Shown: in pieces, positions 8,485 to 16,833 of the stretch
How positions within the stretch are numbered: the stretch's first letter is position 1
Layout: every line of letters begins with the position of its first letter
Origin: a virus
Lineage: Duplodnaviria; Caudoviricetes
Reading direction: 5' to 3' (one strand)
Virus record (IMG/VR): IMGVR_UViG_3300011217_000001
Coordinates: 128,001 to 192,000 of that record
Length of the DNA stretch: 64,000 bases
Position numbers and translations under genes: made by a program
Notes under the pieces: generated by a model
The model's database searches: none
Seen by the model: only the letters and a program-made list of their open reading frames with translations
What the model was told of the DNA's origin: nothing

Positions 8485-8957
8485 TCGTCGCCGCTCTCAT
8501 CCACGAACTCGTTGGTCAGATCAAATCCGATAATGCGCTGGATCTTCGACCAACGTACCCCTTCGCCAGTTGGACTTGGTTCGGTACGCCCAAAGAAACG
8601 CATGGCCAGAATGACCACGTCATCGACATGGTTGTCCAGATGTTCGACCATTGCCTGGCCCATCGGACCGGTGGGTTGGATGATCCCGTAGATGGCATCC
8701 TCACGGATATCCACCGACACGACTGCCAGGGCTACCGACAAGTCGTTGATGTATCCCTGTCGATGAATGCGCTCGGACATGGACATGCGTTCGCTGATCA
8801 GGGGTGGTCCGTATTCACCACGGATCAGATTGTTGGTCAGCCGCTCCTTGAAAGGCAGGCCAATATCTTCGTTGAAGAACTCATCGAACACCTGTTTACT
8901 TACGCCGTTGTTCTCATCGAACTTCAGCAGACGTGCTGCGTACTGCTTGGTTTCCAC
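8481..8957 (-). CDS. Prohead-protease-like (T4 gp21/phiKZ gp175 fold) protein, catalytic His/Ser apparently lost
   Basis: IRGEYGPP (cf. GExGHP), IYGIIQPTGPMG, LAMRFFG (cf. FSxR), IIGFDL. Confidence 0.65.
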   Translation of the reverse strand: METKQYAARLLKFDENNGVSKQVFDEFFNEDIGLPFKERLTNNLIRGEYGPPLISERMSMSERIHRQGYINDLSVALAVVSVDIREDAIYGIIQPTGPMGQAMVEHLDNHVDDVVILAMRFFGRTEPSPTGEGVRWSKIQRIIGFDLTNEFVDESGDE

Positions 8958-8969
8958 GGTACTTCTCCC

Positions 8970-9503
8970 TTAGGTGTTCTTTTCGTAGTAATAGGACGGC
9001 AGTGCGATCTTCGCGTACTGCCCCTCGAAGCTAACCAGGATGACCCAGCTGTTGAGGAACTCGCCCTCAAAGAGCTTGAGGTAATGTACGGTTACATGCA
9101 GTCCGCCGAAGACGCGACCGAGATGGCGTTGCATCGTGGCCAGTTCGGTATCCAGGACTTCAGCGGGGCGCCCTGCACGCTTGATGATCGCGGTAATCAT
9201 GTCAACTACCAGACGACCGGCCTGCGGCAGGATGTCAAAGCAGACCTCGTTGTTGAGGACATGCTGCTTCTCGGTGTTGAGCCGGAGGCGGACGGTCTTG
9301 CGGTCGGAATTGGGGAACAGCTCAACGGTGACAGTGCCGTCGATCTGCTTGGCAAGATCGTGATCTTCCTGATAGAACCGTAGCGCTGGAAAACGACTGC
9401 GCAGCAGGCCGTAGATCACGGGCAGGGAGATTTCCTCGCCAGTGTCCAGCAGCTCGAAGCAATCATTCTCGGGGGCATACTTTTGGGTGTTGTGACTTGC
9501 CAT
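8970..9503 (-). CDS. Hypothetical protein
   Basis: 177 aa ORF in operon. Confidence 0.7.
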   Translation of the reverse strand: MASHNTQKYAPENDCFELLDTGEEISLPVIYGLLRSRFPALRFYQEDHDLAKQIDGTVTVELFPNSDRKTVRLRLNTEKQHVLNNEVCFDILPQAGRLVVDMITAIIKRAGRPAEVLDTELATMQRHLGRVFGGLHVTVHYLKLFEGEFLNSWVILVSFEGQYAKIALPSYYYEKNT

Positions 9504-9569
9504 CTGTTTCTTTTCTCTCGTGATTAATCGTGATGGTACGTGAGTACGGCGACGAGTAACTTTTGCTAC

Positions 9570-10136
9570 TTAGTTCTTGCGGCCGCGCCGCTTGATACGA
9601 CGACGGTTGCGGATCTTGTCGCGTGCTTTGTAGGTCGTGTAGTTCAGGTCAATGTAGTCGTCCAAACCTGCGCGCTTCACGATGTCCGCTATGCTCTCGA
9701 ACTTCCGCTTCTTCATCGCCTCTCGGGCAAGGAGGTTCCTGCGTATGGCAGCCTTCAGCACATCGGCTTCCAACGGCCCACCCGAGGGAATGCTTGCGGT
9801 ATGGTGATCACCCAGGATGTGCATGACCATCTCCAGGGTGCGATCCTTCCCATGTCCCATGAAAGGATTGAGTCGAATACCGCTGAAGGCAGCCGGGGAG
9901 ATATCCTTGGGAGCGGTAGCTACCAGCTTTGCCATGTCGCGCGGCAACCCGGCAACCTTCTCGAAGTAGTACGCAGGATCGGTACGCATGCGTTCCAGGA
10001 TCAGCTCCTTGTCGAGGTAGCCCAGCTCCGGATCGAAGATGTCCAGCTTGTCGACATGTTCGCTGTTGGCCTCCAGCCTGCGCTCCTGAGCAAGAGACAT
10101 GCGGAAGGGTACGGGTTCGTTCATTTGTTCATCCAA
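9570..10136 (-). CDS. Hypothetical protein with basic C-terminus
   Basis: 188 aa ORF. Confidence 0.7.
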   Translation of the reverse strand: MDEQMNEPVPFRMSLAQERRLEANSEHVDKLDIFDPELGYLDKELILERMRTDPAYYFEKVAGLPRDMAKLVATAPKDISPAAFSGIRLNPFMGHGKDRTLEMVMHILGDHHTASIPSGGPLEADVLKAAIRRNLLAREAMKKRKFESIADIVKRAGLDDYIDLNYTTYKARDKIRNRRRIKRRGRKN

Positions 10137-10390
10137 AGGTTCTTGCCGCTGGGGCAGGTGTACTCAAAGTAAGTGATCTGCACTGGGGCGACTGAGTACT
10201 TGTCATCCGGTGCCGCTTTAGATTGCACGAACTGGGTAGTGCTCTTACCCGTAGTCGTACACCCCATGGCTTCCAGCAGGTTGGCTTCGTCCTTCGGTGC
10301 TGTCGGAAGGTTTGCCAGATAGAACAGCAATCCGAAAACTACAGCTACAACCATCAGACTCAGGCACGCCTTAATGGCTTTCGTGCTCAT
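10121..10390 (-). CDS. Small membrane-anchored protein
   Basis: N-terminal TM; two Cys in the soluble part. Confidence 0.65.
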   Translation of the reverse strand: MSTKAIKACLSLMVVAVVFGLLFYLANLPTAPKDEANLLEAMGCTTTGKSTTQFVQSKAAPDDKYSVAPVQITYFEYTCPSGKNLWMNK

Positions 10391-10533
10391 TTCCCTTTCC
10401 TCTCCTTGACCTTCTTATCTTCGGCTACGAACTCCTTTGCAACTTTCTGCGGTATATTGTTACGCTCTGCGAAGTCCTTGTCGTGAGCGGCTGCACGCAT
10501 GAAGCGAGCTTGCTTTTCACTCTTGGAAGGCAT
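10387..10533 (-). CDS. Small conserved phage protein (MPSKSEKQARFM...)
   Basis: 48 aa, RBS AAGGAG; recurrent phage small-protein motif of unknown function. Confidence 0.7.
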   Translation of the reverse strand: MPSKSEKQARFMRAAAHDKDFAERNNIPQKVAKEFVAEDKKVKERKGK

Positions 10534-10548
10534 CGTCGTTCTCCTTAG

Positions 10549-10578
10549 GGCATAGCCGGAGAGGTTACCCCCTCCGGC
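10549..10578 (-). terminator. Hairpin + TATGCC element
   Basis: GCCGGAG stem followed by TATGCC on minus strand. Confidence 0.6.
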
Positions 10579-10584
10579 CACAGG

Positions 10585-11424
10585 TTAGATCAGAGGCAGC
10601 TGGATACCACGCTGACCCATGTACTTACCACCTCGGTCGGCGTAGCTGGTCTCGCATTCTTCCTCGCCACGGAAGAACAGGAACTGCGCGATACCGGTGT
10701 TGAGGTAGATACGTGCGGGGATCGGGGTCAGATTAGCGACTTCGATCACTACATTTCCCGCGAAACCCGGTTCGATCGGCGTAGCGTTGATCAGCACACC
10801 GGCACGGGCGTAGGTGCTCTTGCCGATGCACAGCGCAACCACATCGCGGGGCATGTGGAAGTATTCGCGAGTAACACCCAGACCGTAGCTGTGTGGCGGC
10901 AGCAGGATGTACTTCAGGCCGCTCTTCGGGCAAGTGCGGACCGTGGCGTCAACGAGACATTCCTCGTCGAACTCCATCGGATCGATCTCGGAAACGTTCA
11001 TACCGGAGAAGATCTTGAAACCGGCCTCATCCAGCGTCACGTCGTAGCCGAAGCTGGTCGTGCCGTAGGAGATGACCCGCTGACCGAACCTGACCATGTT
11101 CGGGTTCTTGAGCTGGTCTGGCAACTTGCGGACCTGCCCCGGTTCGAACGGTGCGATCATCGGACGCCAGTCCTCGACGTACTTCTCAGCGATCTCCTTG
11201 ACCCTCCGCACCCTGGTCGAGAAGTATTCGTTCTCAGCCAGTATGTCCTGTGGACCAAGACGCGCGCCCTTTGGGAAAAGTCTCGGATAGCTTTCCTCGT
11301 AGACTTCATCCATCTCGCTCTTGATCGTCTCCAGATCTGGAGCGGAGCAGAGGTTGCGAATGGCAACGTCGTTGAGGATACCGGTCTTACAAGCCTTGCT
11401 GACCGAAGCTGCTTGCTGGTTCAT
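10585..11424 (-). CDS. dcd: dCTP deaminase
   Basis: MIAPFEPGQVR, ISYGTTSFGYDV, GKSTYARAG, TPIEPGF.G, GIAQFLF, SYADRGGKYMGQ; ~60 aa N-terminal insertion. Confidence 0.95.
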   Translation of the reverse strand: MNQQAASVSKACKTGILNDVAIRNLCSAPDLETIKSEMDEVYEESYPRLFPKGARLGPQDILAENEYFSTRVRRVKEIAEKYVEDWRPMIAPFEPGQVRKLPDQLKNPNMVRFGQRVISYGTTSFGYDVTLDEAGFKIFSGMNVSEIDPMEFDEECLVDATVRTCPKSGLKYILLPPHSYGLGVTREYFHMPRDVVALCIGKSTYARAGVLINATPIEPGFAGNVVIEVANLTPIPARIYLNTGIAQFLFFRGEEECETSYADRGGKYMGQRGIQLPLI

Positions 11425-11440
11425 TTGAGTCCTTGAATCA

Positions 11441-11983
11441 CTAGATGCGGGTAACCCAGCCGTCAGGCTTCAGGGTTGCGAAGGGGTTGGTCATGTCACG
11501 ACCCTGGTAGCCGTGGAACAGGCGGGGTAGGTCAGTGCGAACGTAGAACTTGCACGACATACCGATACCGTGAGGGCGGCAGGGTTCGACGAAGAAACCA
11601 GTCAGCTGTTGCAGTAGACGTGTCAACGGACCTTCTTCATGCTCGTTGTACATCAGCTGCTCAGGCAGGGTGATGATGGTAGGGTGATTGGTGCGAGTGG
11701 TGACCGAACGATCCAGCAGATCAGCCATCTTGTTGTTCAGCACCCGCACCACGCTATGCAGCATCTGCGCCTTGACTTCGCTACCGATCGGATTCTTCAG
11801 CGGCTTGGTCTTGCGAGCGTTGGAGTCAGCATAGAGCTTCTGCATGCGCTCTTCTTCGCGCCTCATTTCAGCCTGTGCCTGATGACGCTGACGGAAGAAC
11901 TCATTGAAGACTTCTTCCTGATAGCTGTACGGACCATCGCTCGGATCAGGTCCACGTCGATTGTCACGGCTACGGTTAAACAT
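11441..11983 (-). CDS. Hypothetical protein
   Basis: 180 aa ORF. Confidence 0.7.
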   Translation of the reverse strand: MFNRSRDNRRGPDPSDGPYSYQEEVFNEFFRQRHQAQAEMRREEERMQKLYADSNARKTKPLKNPIGSEVKAQMLHSVVRVLNNKMADLLDRSVTTRTNHPTIITLPEQLMYNEHEEGPLTRLLQQLTGFFVEPCRPHGIGMSCKFYVRTDLPRLFHGYQGRDMTNPFATLKPDGWVTRI

Positions 11984-11986
11984 AAA

Positions 11987-12415
11987 TCACCACTGGGTTC
12001 GTTGAACGCCGGTGCGGAACTCTTCCAGACCCGGGATACGGATCTCTTCCCACAGCTCACGTTCGTGCGGTTCGTATTCGGCATACACACGCGTGTTCGC
12101 CGTCACAGAGCGGATGAAGTCACCCACTCCATGAATTAGTTCGGGGGAGTTGTGGCCATCGCGGAAAGCGAAGTCGGCTAGGTAGATTCCCCAGTCAACT
12201 TCACGAGCCACCAGGATCAGTCCCACAACCTGCTGAGTGGGACCATAGATCACCGCCCTCAGATCAGTCAGGACGTAGCGATCCCCTTCATCGGACTCGC
12301 GCAGGTAGGTAAGCATCCCGCGTTCGTCATGATGGATGGAGTTGATGCCACGTTCAGCCATCAGGTTGAGGAACTCCACGTCCCCTACTTCGCGGAAGTC
12401 GTAAAGACTGTCCAT
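11987..12415 (-). CDS. Hypothetical protein
   Basis: 142 aa, RBS AAGGA. Confidence 0.7.
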   Translation of the reverse strand: MDSLYDFREVGDVEFLNLMAERGINSIHHDERGMLTYLRESDEGDRYVLTDLRAVIYGPTQQVVGLILVAREVDWGIYLADFAFRDGHNSPELIHGVGDFIRSVTANTRVYAEYEPHERELWEEIRIPGLEEFRTGVQRTQW

Positions 12416-12424
12416 GGTGATTCC

Positions 12425-12949
12425 TTATTTGACTACCTTCAGGAAAGGTCGGCCTTGGGTCTTGCTGGGGGTTTCCTTGGTGGGAAGCTTGCCAGCGTTG
12501 AGGTTTTCAATGTACTCGTTCAGAGCCGGGTTGTTACCCAGCGACATGCCCCTGCCGGACTCTTCCAGCATGAACGCCGACAGAATCGAATCGACGTCGA
12601 CGATGGCATCGAAGTGTTCGCCCTTGGAACGCGCAGAGAACAACAGCAGACTCACCGGGTCGTGCGGCTGCGGGTCGTCACCTTCACGGTAGAAGGTCAG
12701 ACCACGCGTAGCCTGCTCGCCGAGGTTCAGGACGATGATGGAGATCTCCGCACCCGGAGTACCGTCATCGTTCTCCAGTCGCTGTTTCTGGACCGGCAAC
12801 GTACTGGGCAGCTGATTGCCTTCCCAGTTGGCGACGATGCAGATATGGGGCGATCCACCCATGGCGAAGATCCAGTTGTACAGACCTTCGATGACGAAGC
12901 CGGCAGTGCCGATGTGCGGGTTGATCTGGTTATCACTACGCTTATTCAC
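12425..12949 (-). CDS. sspB: SspB-like ClpXP adaptor protein
   Basis: GLYNWI....SPHI, IVLNLGEQA, FSAR, ILSAFMLEESGRG parallel SspB; C-terminal GRPFLKVVK matches ClpX-binding tail GRPALRVVK; GTG start with GGAG RBS. Confidence 0.82.
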   Translation of the reverse strand: MNKRSDNQINPHIGTAGFVIEGLYNWIFAMGGSPHICIVANWEGNQLPSTLPVQKQRLENDDGTPGAEISIIVLNLGEQATRGLTFYREGDDPQPHDPVSLLLFSARSKGEHFDAIVDVDSILSAFMLEESGRGMSLGNNPALNEYIENLNAGKLPTKETPSKTQGRPFLKVVK

Positions 12950-12998
12950 GTCTTTCTCCGTGGTTACAATAGATTGGTTAGATGCGTTGGGGATTACT

Positions 12999-13034
12999 CT
13001 GTTCGATAGTGTAGGTTTGAAATACACTGGAATA
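12999..13034 (-). promoter_or_regulatory. Putative phage early promoter
   Basis: TATTCCAGTGTATTTCAAACCTACACTATC, matches recurring TTTCA-N3-CTAYAY motif. Confidence 0.55.
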
Positions 13035-13035
13035 C

Positions 13036-13065
13036 GGCATAGGGGAAGAGCCGAAGCTCCTCCCC
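13036..13065 (-). terminator. Hairpin + TATGCC element
   Basis: TTCG-loop stem then TATGCC. Confidence 0.6.
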
Positions 13066-13071
13066 CAATAC

Positions 13072-13191
13072 TCAGCCACATTCACCCTTGAGGGTAAGTG
13101 TCAGCATGTCAGCGAATCTGCAGTTCGCCTCGTGCTGCGCCTCTAACAGCGCCTCGGACACATCTTCTTTTTCTTTGGTTTCTTCGTCCAT
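13072..13191 (-). CDS. Small hypothetical protein (39 aa, MDEETKEKEDV...)
   Basis: Read manually; fills the gap between upstream gene and terminator. Confidence 0.45.
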   Translation of the reverse strand: MDEETKEKEDVSEALLEAQHEANCRFADMLTLTLKGECG

Positions 13192-13201
13192 CACTCAAGC
13201 C

Positions 13202-13471
13202 TCATCCGAAAAGGATCAAGCCATTACGAGTCTGGATTGCACCTTGCAGCCAGTCACCTTTTTCGGTCGCATGCGGACCGACATCGAAGCCATGCTTGCG
13301 AAGCATTGCGATGGCATCGCGGTTGGGTTGACCCTCCCCGTCGATAAGTACTTCCTCGGCGAGATAGATGATCTCCGGCTGGAGCATCTTCAGTGCCGTG
13401 ATCGGCGACTGCTGATACGTACGCAGCTGTTCAACGAGATCACCCAAGGGGTCTTTGTGGTTCGTCCCCAT
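13202..13471 (-). CDS. Hypothetical protein
   Basis: 89 aa ORF. Confidence 0.65.
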   Translation of the reverse strand: MGTNHKDPLGDLVEQLRTYQQSPITALKMLQPEIIYLAEEVLIDGEGQPNRDAIAMLRKHGFDVGPHATEKGDWLQGAIQTRNGLILFG

Positions 13472-13540
13472 TGTCAGAGTTCCTATCGGGTCTGTCGATT
13501 ATGGCAGGTACTACCCTGCCATAGGATTGGGGACGTTTAG

Positions 13541-13577
13541 GGCATAGCGGAGGGGGCATGAGCCCCCTCCGTATGTC
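13541..13577. terminator. Hairpin flanked by TATG on both strands
   Basis: ggcata-g-CGGAGGGGGC-atga-GCCCCCTCCG-tatgtc. Confidence 0.65.
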
Positions 13578-13586
13578 GCTGACGAA

Positions 13587-15296
13587 TCAGCGATACTGCC
13601 TGAGCATCTTGCGGGCCATCGCGTTGTACGAGTACAGGATGAACTTGAACATCCGCATGTTGTCAGTCGTGACGCGGTAACGCATCTCGCTGCTCAGCTT
13701 CAGCGCACGCTTCACGTAGAAGCGCTGGTCGCGGTCGCCCTGGAAGCCCGGGGTGGACAGCATGTGCACTGCGGTGTTGAAGATGGCAACACCGGCCGGA
13801 CCCAGCACGTAGGTCTTCAGGTATTCCAGAGCCGAGCGCTTGCGGCTGAAGCCCTGGGCGACCTTCAGGAACGCACGGGTGATCGCACCGATCTTCTCCG
13901 GCGGCAGCACCGGAACGAGGATGCGGCCCACGCGGGTGCCGTCGGAGTCTTCAAACATCCGGGTGGGGATGTTGAAGCTGGCGTACTTGTCCAGGAACTG
14001 GGTCGTACGGTCCGTACCGTCGTAGGTCGTGGACTTGTTCTCGAACATGCGGCGACCACCCGGGATCGGGTACTGCAGCTGCGCCTCGGTCAGGGCCGAG
14101 CGCGGATCACGCCACTTGCCCGGCAGGGCCGCCCAGCGACGCTGGAACTCGACGTCGGTGATCTTGTTCAGACCACTGACCAGGCCGATGTTGGTCTGGT
14201 AGGCGTCCTTGGCCACGTCCACGAAACGACCGGTGACGTACTCGGCCAGCTGGGCGTAACCGATCAGGTGACCGGCCAGGTCCGTCGGCAGTTCGCCGTT
14301 GCGGTGCAGCGAGGACATGTTGACGACGACTTCGGCCTTGCGCGGCTGGCGCTGGGACGGGGTGTCGGCGACCTTCTTCATCAGGCGACCCAGCATGAAC
14401 GCGCCGGTTTCGATGGCGTTGTAGAACGCCACGTCGCGACGGATCAGGGCTGCCAGCGCACGCTTGGCGATGTTTTCCTGGGAGATCACCAGGTTGCCGC
14501 GCATCTGGTCGATGGCTTCGGTGGACACCAGCAGCTTGCCGTTGTCAGCCTTCTCGTAGGACAGCTTGACGGCCGGGGTGTTGTACACCGCAGCGATGGC
14601 TTCCAGCGCGACTTCGGCTTCTTCCACCGCAGCTTCGTCGGCGAAGCCGCCTTCTTCGTTGACGGTTTCCACGGCGCCCTGGAATTCGTTCAGGGTGTCG
14701 TTGGCTGCTTCGGCTTCGGATTCGCGCTCACCGGTTTCGATGATGGCTTCTTCTTCGTCCATCAGCTCTTCGGTGGAGACCTCGGTCTCGTCCTCGGCGG
14801 CGGCCAGTTCCGCTTCTTCTTCAGCGGCGGCAGCGGCGTCGGCTTCGGTAGCGCCATCGTCGAAGTTCTCTTCTTCCACGTCGCCGTCTTCGTCGACCGG
14901 TTCACCTTCGGCCGCTTCCTCGTCGAACGATTCGGTGGTGAGCTGGTAGTTCAGGCCGGCGATCAGGTTCTGGGCGCGGGCCGATTCCACGGCGACCTGC
15001 GGACCCATCACGTTCAGGCGTTCGACGATCTCGTCGCTGACACCCTGCAGGCCCTCGGCGTCCTCGAAGGACTCCATGGCCGGTGCCTTGTTCAGGGGCA
15101 GGAGTTCACGAGCGCCAGCGCGCAGGGCGATGGCCAGGAACGGGGACTTGCCGCCGTTCTTCTTCAGCTGTGCACCCACCGACTCCATGGCCGGGAGGAT
15201 ACGACGGACGGAGCGGTCGACGTGGATCAGCTGGGCGGAATCGGCGACTGCCTGTTCCAGCTTCTCACGTGCAACACGCTGCTGCAGAGTCTTCAT
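13587..15296 (-). CDS. Virion internal head protein, phiKZ-type, with acidic propeptide
   Basis: Repeated AME/STE/ALE/SQE processing-like sites and Glu/Asp-rich N-terminal region; strong codon bias. Confidence 0.7.
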   Translation of the reverse strand: MKTLQQRVAREKLEQAVADSAQLIHVDRSVRRILPAMESVGAQLKKNGGKSPFLAIALRAGARELLPLNKAPAMESFEDAEGLQGVSDEIVERLNVMGPQVAVESARAQNLIAGLNYQLTTESFDEEAAEGEPVDEDGDVEEENFDDGATEADAAAAAEEEAELAAAEDETEVSTEELMDEEEAIIETGERESEAEAANDTLNEFQGAVETVNEEGGFADEAAVEEAEVALEAIAAVYNTPAVKLSYEKADNGKLLVSTEAIDQMRGNLVISQENIAKRALAALIRRDVAFYNAIETGAFMLGRLMKKVADTPSQRQPRKAEVVVNMSSLHRNGELPTDLAGHLIGYAQLAEYVTGRFVDVAKDAYQTNIGLVSGLNKITDVEFQRRWAALPGKWRDPRSALTEAQLQYPIPGGRRMFENKSTTYDGTDRTTQFLDKYASFNIPTRMFEDSDGTRVGRILVPVLPPEKIGAITRAFLKVAQGFSRKRSALEYLKTYVLGPAGVAIFNTAVHMLSTPGFQGDRDQRFYVKRALKLSSEMRYRVTTDNMRMFKFILYSYNAMARKMLRQYR

Positions 15297-15362
15297 TGAA
15301 AGGGGTTCCTTGAGGGCTAAAATCCGCCGCAGCAAACTGCGGCGTCATATATTAGCTGGCGC

Positions 15363-15860
15363 TCACGCACCCACGGCAAGGTCAGCGATCAGGTTCTTCA
15401 GCTTGTCAGGCAGAGGAAGCCTTGCTACCAGTCGATTGGCGAGGAGGATGTTGTCGCGGCCATAGATGCTGGGCATATACAGATCGACGTTCAGGCCGTC
15501 TTCGACGGTGTCAATCTCCACGTTCCACGCATCCCTGCTACTGCCGTAGTGGTTGCTGTAAGCACGCAGCACGGTGCCAGCGCCGGGACGTACCCAGCGA
15601 TCACCATCGTAGAACTCCTGCGACTCGCCGCAGATGAAGGACGTGCCATCCATCAGGGTGACCTTGATGGCAGGCGCCTTGCGCTCCACCAGGTCGATAG
15701 CACGCAGACCGGCGATCATCGGCATAGCGTCATCGCCGCGATCACGCTTCATGGCCATGAAGGTCGGCAGTGCGATACCAGCGTCCTTCCAGCTCTTGAC
15801 CTGCCACATGGACAGATCGGTTCGGCCGGCCAGTTCAGTGTTCAGGTCAAAGCCATACAT
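15363..15860 (-). CDS. Stand-alone degenerate Hint (intein-fold) domain protein
   Basis: IKVTLMDGTSFICGESQEFYDGDRWVR (block B-like) and LYMPSIYGRDNILLANRLVA (block F/G-like); no Cys1, TxxH or HN. Confidence 0.6.
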   Translation of the reverse strand: MYGFDLNTELAGRTDLSMWQVKSWKDAGIALPTFMAMKRDRGDDAMPMIAGLRAIDLVERKAPAIKVTLMDGTSFICGESQEFYDGDRWVRPGAGTVLRAYSNHYGSSRDAWNVEIDTVEDGLNVDLYMPSIYGRDNILLANRLVARLPLPDKLKNLIADLAVGA

Positions 15861-16561
15861 CAGCGGATCCCTTTCCTGACCAGTTCGACGTGGTTGCGGT
15901 TGGAGTAGAAGACGAAGGGACGCCCGATGGCGTCGATGGTCAGCAGGACCAGGTTGTGGCGTTCCGGCGAACCCGGGGCCGAGATCGGCGTTGCCAACAC
16001 TTCCTTGACGATGGCGTGGATGGCGTGCTGGATCTTGGTGCCGCCGATACCACGAGGCAGGACGACCAGGTCACGCACTTCCAGATCACCCGCGGAGTTC
16101 TCCTTGGTGTTCCACACGGTCAATACGTTGGTCAGCTCGTGCAGCATCTCGCGCTGCTCAGCCGTGCTGCGCTCTTCGTGCAGCATCTCGATCACTTCGA
16201 AGTTGAAGATGGCCGAGTTCCACAGGACCGAGCGGAAGAAGGGTTCGATGCCGTCCTTCAAGATCTTGTAGCTGCCACCGTTGAAGTTGTCGTTGACCAG
16301 CAGCAGGTCCACGTCAGCCTTGTCCGCTTCCCTCGGCGGCTTGGTCAGATCGACCACTGCCTTCGAACCGGATTGGGCGCTGTAGTCTTTGCCGAACAGC
16401 TCCTCGGCAAACGGTCGCGCATCACGCGGGACGAGGCTGGCAGCGATCTCTGCGCCAACCGGACGATCGTAGTTGAGGACCAACTCGACGATCTTCAGCA
16501 GCATCTTCGATGCCGCGATATCGCCGTGTTCACGGCTATAGTTATTGAGGGTCGTTTGCAT
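15860..16561 (-). CDS. Hypothetical protein
   Basis: Start MQTTLN with GGAG RBS. Confidence 0.75.
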   Translation of the reverse strand: MQTTLNNYSREHGDIAASKMLLKIVELVLNYDRPVGAEIAASLVPRDARPFAEELFGKDYSAQSGSKAVVDLTKPPREADKADVDLLLVNDNFNGGSYKILKDGIEPFFRSVLWNSAIFNFEVIEMLHEERSTAEQREMLHELTNVLTVWNTKENSAGDLEVRDLVVLPRGIGGTKIQHAIHAIVKEVLATPISAPGSPERHNLVLLTIDAIGRPFVFYSNRNHVELVRKGIR

Positions 16562-16602
16562 GTTTGCTCCTCCCTTCACTCCCACCCATACAGGCTACGG
16601 CA

Positions 16603-16797
16603 ATGAAAGGCAAAAAGGAGGCACAGCCGGCGGAGAAGACTCGCGCTGAGCTGGCCCACGTGAAAGAAGTGGAAGGTGACAAGTATCCCTTCCATGTGAT
16701 CAACACCGAAAGTGGCGCGATGTTGGCCCGCTTCCCCAAGCAGGAAGATGCGGACCGTTACATCAATGAAGTACCGATTGACCGGCTGGTTGCGTAA
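16603..16797 (+). CDS. Small hypothetical protein, lone plus-strand gene
   Basis: 64 aa MKGKKE...IDRLVA; followed by plus-oriented hairpin+TATGCC. Confidence 0.65.
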   Translation: MKGKKEAQPAEKTRAELAHVKEVEGDKYPFHVINTESGAMLARFPKQEDADRYINEVPIDRLVA

Positions 16798-16801
16798 GTA
16801 A

Positions 16802-16832
16802 GGGGAGAGCTGGCGGGCTCTCCCCTTATGCC
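16802..16832 (+). terminator. Hairpin + TTATGCC between convergent genes
   Basis: GGGGAGAGC-TGGCGG-GCTCTCCCC-TTATGCC. Confidence 0.7.
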
Positions 16833-16833
16833 G

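Noticed and set aside
9570-10136. ERMRTDPAYYFEKV resembles a terminase large-subunit N-terminal helix
   Set aside because: Single short motif, no ATPase or nuclease domain.
11987-12415. Possible GNAT acetyltransferase fold
   Set aside because: Only a loose strand pattern; no acetyl-CoA binding motif.
15363-15860. Active or split intein
   Set aside because: No Cys/Ser1, TxxH or terminal Asn, and no extein partner.
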